From NCBI RefSeq assembly GCF_009914755.1, contig NC_060945.1: a DNA stretch of 64,000 nucleotides, one strand, 5' to 3'. Made by a program: the position numbers and the translations under genes. The notes beneath the pieces were generated by a model, which had not been told where the DNA came from, ran no database searches, and was given only the letters and a program-made list of their open reading frames with translations. Of this stretch, positions 54,305-64,000 are shown in pieces (position 1 is the stretch's first letter; the number at the start of each line of letters is the position of its first letter). Source of the DNA: the human T2T-CHM13v2.0 reference genome, Homo sapiens.

Positions 54305-54989
54305 TTTTATTAGAAAATTTTATTTCACTTTAACAACTTGTTATGGGAAACATTATTTAAATTTTTTGAATTTTGATCAAATTTGCAAAAAGCTCAGTCT
54401 AGTTTTCTTCGTATATGAGATATATGATTTCAGGTACTCTTCTGCGTTGACTAGTGTTTTGAATCAATGATATACATGAAATAGTTCATCATCAATGTCC
54501 TCATTGCAGTGGCATATTAAGAGTTTTATACTGACATTGACGTGTCAACATTTCATGTCAAATCCACAATCATCATTACCTGGCTTATCAAACAATTCAA
54601 GAATTATTCATTACTTCTGTTTAAAACTTCTAATTACTTTGATTAATACTTCTTTGATATGATCTGAGCATTTTTTTTTGCTCAGGTTTTTCTTTATGTC
54701 AACATAATTTACATTAATCATCTTACTGCTTTCATTTCATATTGGATTCATGTTATATGAGTTTTCCCCAGTGCTTTAATAAAGAAATTTTAAAAGACAA
54801 AAGAAAGTACTTTTCATATGCATCCAATTCAAGGATCTGTCATTTCACACTTTTTAATTGAAATATTCCAATATAACTTTCCAAATGCAAAGAATGTATT
54901 CGAACTTTATCAACTTTTGAATAAACTTTTGCATCTTGGTTTGTTCAAGCCTTTCTTTCAAATATCCAGAACATATTTAGAGTCCTTTA

Positions 54990-55541
<552 letters not shown>

Positions 55542-56273
55542 TCACGTGAGGGAAGTCTTTCTTCATAGATCATGTTCTACAAACTTTAAAATGTTGTTCA
55601 ATGGCTGGTTACATCTCTCTAGAACTAATTTCATTTTGTTGAATAACATCACAGATACATGGTCTTACAATGGTGAAAAAGGTAAAAGTCACTTGCTTGG
55701 TTTTCTGCTATAATAGAACACCCAATACATATCAATATTCTGTAATTTATCAGTTATAATGTATCAGTCATAGCATGCATCTATGGTGGAATCTACAGCA
55801 ATGAAGTGATATTTGATGTCTGGATTATTTATTTTATTTGTTATTTCATTTTACAGATATTTCCGGTTATTTTGATCAACTTTTGTGGGCAAATCAGTTA
55901 CATTTTATCCATTTTGATATTTTCCCAAGTTCTTGTGCAAAAACAAATCAGTTCAGCAATCAGTTTGAAGTTAACCATGAATTTTATTATTCTAAGATTG
56001 TAACTTAGTGACAAAGAATTTTGAAGGACGAACTTCTTTTGCTTAAAAATACACTAATTATAAGTATTTTTTAAAGCAATTGAAAGAAACATTATTTTTA
56101 TTATGTGTTTAATACATTGTCCTGGTGCATTTTTATTTATTTACATGACATTCAAATAAACAACCTGCTTAGTCTTTGTGAAGTAGTCTCGAGGGCTTTC
56201 AACATATTCTTCCAGAAAAATATGCATTATTAAGTAATGTTGGTCTTGCTAAGAGTGATTTAAAAATAAAATA

Positions 56274-56490
56274 ACCAGCCTGGCCAACATGGTGAAACCC
56301 CATCTCTACTAAAAATACAAAAATTAGCTGGGCATGATGGTGCATGCCTGTAATTCCAGCTACTTGGGAGGCTGAGGCAGGAGAATCGCTTGAACTCGGG
56401 AGGTGAGCTGAGATCACAACCATTGCACTCCAGCCTGGGCCACAGAGCGAGACTCTGACTTAAAAAAAAAATAATAATAATAATAAAATA
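56274..56490 (+). mobile_element. 5'-truncated AluS
   Basis: Starts accagcctggccaacatgg; A/(TAA)n tail. Confidence 0.93.
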
Positions 56491-57860
56491 ATATATGCAA
56501 CCTCCAGTTAGATTAGGCTATCATAAATGAGTTTAGCTATTTTTAATTTTCTTAATTTTTTGTTTGAGAAACATCTCTTCTGGCCATTATAAGTTCTGTT
56601 TGAGTGATAGATCTGTTTGATATTATTGAAATCCATCTGACTTTCTTTAAACAGTGTTGAATGAAATTATTCTTCATTGTAACAGGCATGGTTCTTATTT
56701 AAGTCAATGAATTCATCAAAATTAAGGCACTTGTTGATCTCATGTATGCGCTAATGTCTGATGTCCATACAAACTGATTTACTTCATAAGAATTTTATCT
56801 TCTGCATGTTTTTTCCTGTTTGATAGTGCCCTGATTCTTCTAATTATCCTGTTTCTTCTTGTCATTTTCATTATCTATATTTTCTAGATTACTGTAATTC
56901 TATTACTGGTTATTATGATTTTGACCAGAGTTTTTAATCTTCAGTACTTATGTATGAAGGATCTTTAATATGTAGAAGTTTCACCCAGTCTTTTTTCTTT
57001 CAGGTTATGTTTTTAGCTTCCATTAGGATATTTTCTTCCTGCCATATCTGAATTTTGAGATAATAATCAACAGTTCTGAAAAAATGTAAAATTAATCTGA
57101 AGTTAAAGCATACACAAGAGAAATTTAAATGATTTTAAATTGCCACTGCTTGTGTTAGGTTACATAGTTGTGTACTCATCATTTTTACACAACTTACACT
57201 GCTGATTATTTACATAATTAATAGCTTTGTCGCTCTAACACTTGTTTCTTTGGCCAATTTTATTGTCTTAGTGACAGATTTTACCAGGAACTACCAGATT
57301 TTTCCAGGACAAGAAGCATCAGAGATTCTGAAACATAATTCAAAACTCTTAGAATGCATAAAACATGTGATTCTACTTACAGCTATATTTGAATTTTTTA
57401 GTATTCCATAGGTTTACATCTTACAAACATGGAGACTCTGACAAATTTTAGTGTTGCTTTTCTGTTCAAAAAAGAAAAACAAAGTATGGTGCATTTGTAA
57501 TTGTATATGCCGCCATGTTTGTTAATAATATTTCTGATGGGAGAGAACTTCTATTATGACTAGATACCAACAAGAAACAAATCTTACAGTTAACAATTTT
57601 ATATTTCTGATGCGGAAGAATTGCCCACATCCTACTTTCTGGCTACGCATATTTCAAAATCTTATTTTTCCTCTACTGCTGACATACTACCACTGGTGTG
57701 TGTCAGAGGACATATTAATATCACAATACACCTTCTGGTTCTGATGTTCATGAAGGAATGCTAAGAGAATCAGCACAGTGGACAGCAGGAATGTTCCCAG
57801 AAGCGACTTATCTTCTGTTCTGGGTAAATTAGCAATCACATAACTGTACATGTATGTTAT

Positions 57861-58192
57861 TGTTGTAGGACTTTCTCCGTAGTTGAGCCAAGAGCTAGGT
57901 CCTTGTCACACAGCCATGAAATATTAGGCTTGCAAACACTTTAAAGGGTGAGAAAAATGGAACTTTTTGGTCAAAAAGGGAAACAGGGACTCTCAGCAGA
58001 ATGAGGGTCCTGCTATACACGCTTCCTGCCTCACAGATTGAATCCCAGATTCCACCAAGGAAGAGGAGGGGCCAGGCTCTTCGCAGCGGCGAATGGGGTG
58101 AACTTCCTTAGCTCCACCCCAGTACGTCCTCCTCCCAGTGCACAAACCAGTCAGAGGTTCCCGGGGGACCCCTTTCTTGTCTGTCTCTTTAT
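57861..58192 (-). mobile_element. ERV1 solo LTR, MER61-like
   Basis: Reverse of ...ggagaaagtcctacaaca end; gattcaatctgtgaggcaggaag core. Confidence 0.7.
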
Positions 58193-61002
58193 TGCCAATC
58201 ACAAAAATATATCCCACTAACCTAAATGTATTTCTACATTAATTTCATATTGTGTAACTATGAAAATGTTGATTACTATTCCAAAGTCATCAACCACAAG
58301 GGGAAGTATAATACAACAGAGTTGGAATTGAATAAAATTGACAAACTTAAGGAATTGCAGTTAACATATCTCACTTTTGCAAAATATACGAAGACTTGTG
58401 ATCTTGAGAACACATTGCTCGGGCTTCTCCCAGGTCCTGGCTAGGGTTAAGTGGAAGGGAAGGGTCCTGGAACATAAGCTTCACTGTTTCATGGTACATC
58501 CACCTCAGCTCGAAATTCTTGCATCTTTTAGATTTCAGCTTCCATCTGAGTAACAACATTAGGTGATATTTCAAGGATCAGTGTGGACCAGTTCTAATTA
58601 GACAGACAGAAAGTGTTGCAGTGACAACAATTGTAAGAAATACCCAACAAGCTCTAGTCACAGGGGTTTCTAAGGATTAAACCCAAGCTGGATTTCTTTC
58701 AAGATGCTACCTCTGCTGCTCTCTCAACTTTCTTTTCATCTCACTGTAAGTAAGAGGGTAGGTCCTTGTGCCTTTGGCACTTAGGAAGAGCGTGTTTTAA
58801 ATGAATAGATTCTACACTTTACATTCAATGTAAGGAAGGTCAGGGTGCTGGGTTGAAGCCACAGCAAGAAAGTTACAGGATTCTGAGAAAAGAATAAATG
58901 CCCCTATTTTTTCTGATAAAAAATTTAACCGATTATGCCTGTTTACTTGCTCTACTTACGTATATTTTCCTTTAGCTATTTATCTTGGATGCTTGACCCC
59001 TTTGGACTAAGGCATTATTCTAAATACCACCTTGCAGAGGGGGACTACTGCATAAACTAGGCAGTGAATCAAAGCTGCTGGCTACAGTTGTAGAGGGTGA
59101 CACAGCCTCACTGACCCAGCTGGAAATTTCTACCAAGAATGTCACTTCTTTTCATTTAGTTCTTCAAAAATGCTCTAAAAACACTTCAGAAAGCAAAAGA
59201 AAGGGATTATGTAATAAGCCCCTCTGCACACACCCCATACTTCTTATTTGAAGTAAATCCACTTCAAATAAACAGATTCCTTTAAAAAATGTTCAGCTTT
59301 ATTTTTTTCAATCTAAACTTTACATTCTATTGAATAAGTTTTACATTGAAAGCATTTCTGAACAAATGCCTGTTTAGTATTTATTTTCTTCTCTCCCTAC
59401 TCCCAACTGCACTTGAACTTCAAAGGGCAAAGGTAGTCATTGGTGTTTTACGGATGCACGACAAGTACCTAAACCACTACCTGGATCAAAGCAGCCACTT
59501 TTGCCGAAGGGGTGCATCATTCAGACAAGGCTCATGCTCCAGAGAGATCTGTTATATTTACACTGTGGATTGTCAAACCTGCAGATCTAACTCTCTGTAC
59601 CTGTGCAGCTAAGTCATGTATCTCAAAGGCATCAATTAAAATATTTTAGGGTTACTTGTGAGATAAGATTTTAATACAGATTAATCTAAACAAGCTGTCA
59701 ACCAGCAGATAACAGGACCTTGAAGACTTATGACACAGAGAAGCAATTAATATGGAGGTCAGGAATAGGAGAAGGAAGTATCTGTGTGCCTGGAGCCAGA
59801 AGTAGGGATGGACGCGTTAAAATAAATTACAGTAACCTCCCCATTGTTTGTTGGTTTAAACACTTCAGGCAATGGTTCTGCATGGGTATGATTACAGCAT
59901 TTTCCTCAATTCATAATTTTATTCTTGAAGCTTGGAATCTTATCTTCTGGAGTCCGTCCATATCTTTGAAGCTGAAATTGGAAATTCTAACTGCGATCTG
60001 AGCAAAGTTCCACAGCTGATTTGCCTTTTTTTTTTTTCCTGAAGCAAAGTCAGTTGAGAAATCCCACACTGCAAACCTTGTCTTTTCTCAGTGATTTATT
60101 GGCTATTTTGATTCCATCTGCAATGGTTTGCTCCGTGGTTTGTGCCAAACATTTTAAATGCTTAAGAGTCAATCAAAACGCTATCTTCCTCAAGGAAAAG
60201 TCAAGTCACCCAATCTGGAACATTTTATATTTCGGTTGTAAATGAAGCCTTAATTCTGACTGTAGACTGGCTCTCACTTCAGGGATGCAAAACACGAATG
60301 ATCTTTTCCTGTATCTCAAGGACCACATGCCACTGTGTTCCGCCTTCAACATGTGTAAGAATTTCTGCTGTTTGTCAAAATGCTAACAGGAATGACACCA
60401 GGAATATCCTATAGTAGTAGCTTAATTTTACCCACATAAAAACATTTCATTTTATGTCTCACGTGTTTTTCATACATGCCTATTATGTTTCTTTTTGTTC
60501 CAAACTGATTATCAGTGTTTGACTGTAAGGTAAATAAAATACCATTAATTAGGGAAAGGACTAATTGGTCCAATTTGGAGAAATGCTGATAATCAAATTG
60601 GTGTACCTTCTTGTATTACAAGTGACATTTTGTAACAGTTTCCAGGTTTTAATTATGATGAGCTTGCATTTCAAAGAACTAATTAAGGTTTCTTATTGTT
60701 TCTTTTGTAGCCAAACATTTTACCCCAAGGCTACCAAGGAAGAAAAGACAAAGGCAGACATCTGCAATTTTTAAAGCAGCTTCTTATTCCTCGCTCTTCC
60801 TCTATTTACTAAAAAAGAATATGTGTTTAGAGTGGAGAGGGGCATGTTGGGGGAAGGTGGGGAAGTAAGGGATGGGGAGAGAGGAGGGTGGGAGGAAAAA
60901 CAAGACCACTCACTTCTTGGGTTCTTGGCACTCCAAGAATGATTTGGTGATAGTTTGATGAGTCATAGAAAATTTTCTTGGTAGATGAACAATAAAAATG
61001 AA

Positions 61003-61140
61003 TATTTATTCATTTACCCATTTAAGAAATGTTTGATGCCTAGCAGAAGCTAAGGCAGTGTTCTAGGTACTAGGACAGTAGTAATAAATGAATAGTCTTT
61101 ACTCCCCAGAGACCTGCAAAATAGTGGAGGAGACAGGAAT
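61003..61140 (-). mobile_element. L2 3' end
   Basis: atttattcatt...ggcagtgttctaggtactagg. Confidence 0.65.
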
Positions 61141-61314
61141 ATAGAGTAGGTAAGTATGCACGAAGAAAATACACAGGTAGATAAACATGTAGAGAAAATA
61201 ACTTATCTTTTATTTCAAGATTTCAAAATTATGAAGTAAAAGTAATTTGTGACTTGTGTTGAGATTTATGCCCTCTATTAGACGAAGCCTGAAATACGTA
61301 AGAGAAATCTAGAT

Positions 61315-61638
61315 CAGTACTGTACAATAAAAATAGGATGTGAATCCTGAAGGTGAGACACATTACGGAATATGAAATTTTTCAGTAGCCACATTTAAAA
61401 AAGGTAAGAGGAAGCAGGTGGAATTAATTTTAATACAATATTTAACCCAATATACCCAAAATACTATTTTAAAATGTCAATAAAATAGTTTCTGAGATGT
61501 TGTTTTACATTCTACTTTTGTACAAAGTCTTCAAAATACAATATACTTTTTATATTTACAGCATATCTCAATTCAGACTAGGCACATTTCAAGTATTCAA
61601 TAGCCACATGTGTCCAGTAGCTGCTGTACTGCAGTGAA
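61315..61638. mobile_element. MER33 (hAT-Charlie)
   Basis: cagtactgtacaata...agtagccacatt...catatctcaattcagactag...caatagccacatgtg. Confidence 0.85.
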
Positions 61639-61734
61639 GTCTGTAGATTATCAGTTCTGGTTGTCAGAACCTATCTGTCCCTATGTTTTCTCTGTAATAT
61701 GGGCTGTCGTTTAGACAGATGTTTCCTACTTATT

Positions 61735-61855
61735 ATTCATTTATTCTACATTTAATAAATATATGTTAGTTGTTAGGCATGGTGCCAGGTGCTGGGGGTG
61801 TTGTCGTGAATAAAAACAAAAATCTCTGCCCTTACGAAGTTTATATTCTAGTGGG
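61735..61855 (-). mobile_element. L2 3' end
   Basis: ggcatggtgccaggtgctgggg...gtgaataaaaacaaaaatctctgccctt...ttctagtggg. Confidence 0.75.
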
Positions 61856-62357
61856 TACTATTATCTAGGACAATCTCAGATTCCAGGTGATATTTAAGAG
61901 TGTTAGCCCTTTTCTGCTATTTTATTAGGCAGTTTTCACCAATGAACATATGCTACATAATCTTACTAAAACCAGGACCTGTCTTCTCTTTGAATAATTT
62001 CCACACATAAAACCCCAATATATTCTTTCCAATTCATATCACTATGAATCAGAATGAAGTTGTTGCAAATGATGGTCAGTGAAGAAGAATAGAAGGGAGG
62101 TTGGAAAAAGTGAGGCTTATTGCCTCTAACATTTCTGCCATTCTTACAGTGATTGGTATGCTCGATGTATTACAATTTGTCCTCACTTTGTTAGAATCAA
62201 CTTTGTTATCTTAAACAGCCAATCATATAGCCAAATAACAACATCAACAACAAAAAGAAGTGTTCCAAAACCACTAGCCTGGTAGCAATTCTAATGCAGG
62301 TGGTAAAGAGGTATTTGATCATGTTTATTCTTTGGTTTCATTTATTTTAATGCAGTC

Positions 62358-62732
62358 TGTCTCAGACATTTTCTGTTGCTATAACATAATACAATTGACT
62401 GGGCAAATTATAAAGAAAAGAAATTTATATCTCACAGTTCTGGAGGTTAGAAAGTTCAAGAGCAGAGCACGGTACTGGCACCCAGCGAGGGCCTTCTTGC
62501 TGCATTGTAACATGCTGGAGGGCATCACATGTCAACAGGGCAAGAGCACGTGTGTCAGCTCAAGTCTGTTTCCCTCCTCTCATAAAACTACCAGTGTCAT
62601 CATGGAGGCTCCACACTGATGACCTTATCTCATCCTAACGACCTCCCAAAGACCCCACCTCCAATCAACGTATGAATTTGCAGAATAAGTCTCCAACACA
62701 TAAAATTTGGTGAACATATTCAAACCATAGTA
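62358..62732 (-). mobile_element. MaLR solo LTR, MST family (MSTC-like)
   Basis: tgtctcagacattttctgttgctataaca...attcaaaccatagta; TSD cagtc/tagtc. Confidence 0.88.
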
Positions 62733-62816
62733 TAGTCCATGAGAAGATCTTCTCTAATGGAAAATTTGCTAATACAGCTTGAAGCCGTTGTGTTCATGTG
62801 GACTTCTGTTTTCCAG

Positions 62817-62989
62817 CAGTGATTCTTACCCTTGGGTGAACCTGGGAATCAACTGCTTGTGTTTTAGAAATTCTAATATTCAGGCTAACTTCAGACCAAT
62901 TAAATAAGTTTGTGTGGGGTGGGGCCAGAGCATTAGTATCTTTAAAGCTACCAATATGATTGTTAAGTCCGGAAAGGCTGAGCACCACT
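62817..62989. mobile_element. MER5A/B-like hAT
   Basis: cagtgattctta...gggtggggcca...ggctgagcaccactg. Confidence 0.7.
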
Positions 62990-63383
62990 GCAGCAGGCAC
63001 ACTCCCCGTTCTTTTTGCCTCCCATTGCATTGGACATTAGCCATTTTAGCCTTTGTAATTTCCTGCCCAGGAAGTTAATCTAAGAACTTTCTTCTGTTGA
63101 TGTGAATGTGGATGTGAGTTGCCTTTCTTAACTCAGTTGAGGACCATCTTTCCAATTTCCAAAAACCCCTTCCATCATAATCAGATGTCACTTCAAAGTA
63201 AATTTTAGTGTCATTCACATGACATTGGATGGCAGGGATATGTCCATGTTGGGCATTTAATTATGATGCACACCTGTTTGGAACATTGGGGAGATGGCAC
63301 TCAAATTTATTACAAACTCCATTGAACTTCTGAAACCATTTAGAGTCTTTACTATTCAAGTGTGATGGGGGAAGTAGAAACAA

Positions 63384-63512
63384 GGGCATCTCCTGGAAGC
63401 TTGTTACAAATGCACATTCTCAGGCCTCAGCCTAGACCTGCTGAATCAGATTCTGCATTTTAACAAGATCCCCAAGTGGTTAGTGTGCACATTAAAATTT
63501 GAGAAGCCCTTG
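63384..63512. mobile_element. MER5A1-like hAT
   Basis: cttgttacaaatgcacattctcaggcc...ctgcattttaacaagatcccc...tttgagaagc. Confidence 0.8.
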
Positions 63513-63720
63513 CTGAGTGTCAGTTACAGAACATATGTCACAAACTGAATCATGATATATTCAGTGTCCATACTAATTCCAAGGGCTCTTTGATTTTCAT
63601 GGATTTCAGCTTGTGTGTGCTGAAGCCTGTGGCAGACACCTTGCAGACCTCCAACCGTCTCTCAGCTGAAGAATCTTTGTTCTGAAGCAACCAATAAAAG
63701 GGATTTCTTTTTCCTTAAAG

Positions 63721-63758
63721 AGCAACTGGGGTCAAAGCATACTGGAGTGAGCTTCCTG
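63721..63758 (+). other. Candidate + strand exon followed by a canonical 165-bp intron (63759-63923)
   Basis: Acceptor tttctttttccttaaag, donor CTG|gtaagt, next acceptor acttttattttcttcag. Confidence 0.4.
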
Positions 63759-64000
63759 GTAAGTAAGAGTTCTTTATATTAGACTCCAGGTCTGTTCTAA
63801 TTCATTCCTGCTGCTTCCTTTGATGAGATATTTTTCACACCTTCATTCTTTCTTTCATCCAGATTTCTCAACCAAATATGCTTCCCACTGAGGGGTTAAC
63901 AATTATACTTTTATTTTCTTCAGCATGGGCCTGAACGTTAGCATGGCTCACCTTGACCCTGCTTTTAGGCAGAGCTTCTCCAATCTATCAGCCTCTCCAT

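Overview
AT-rich primate (very probably human) genomic DNA. At least half is interspersed repeat: Alus, old L1M LINEs, MaLR/ERV1/ERVL LTRs, an ERVL proviral remnant, Tigger2a, MADE1, hAT MITEs and a near-full-length Zaphod-like hAT. There is no CpG island, no RNA gene and no intact coding gene I can name; the long ORFs in the track mostly map to repeats, and the rest have no supporting evidence. The most interesting signal is in the non-repeat islands: a chain of short minus-strand segments with splice-like boundaries whose reading phases join up (33.3-24.9 kb and 14.0-2.45 kb) and which carry a few disablements. This looks like a spliced protein-coding gene or unitary pseudogene that I cannot identify. 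A strong + strand bias of L1s and LTRs independently fits a minus-strand transcription unit. There are also candidate + strand (antisense) exons, several local duplications and palindromes. Repeat subfamily names come from recalled consensus sequences and exon models were built by eye; both need RepeatMasker and alignment checks.
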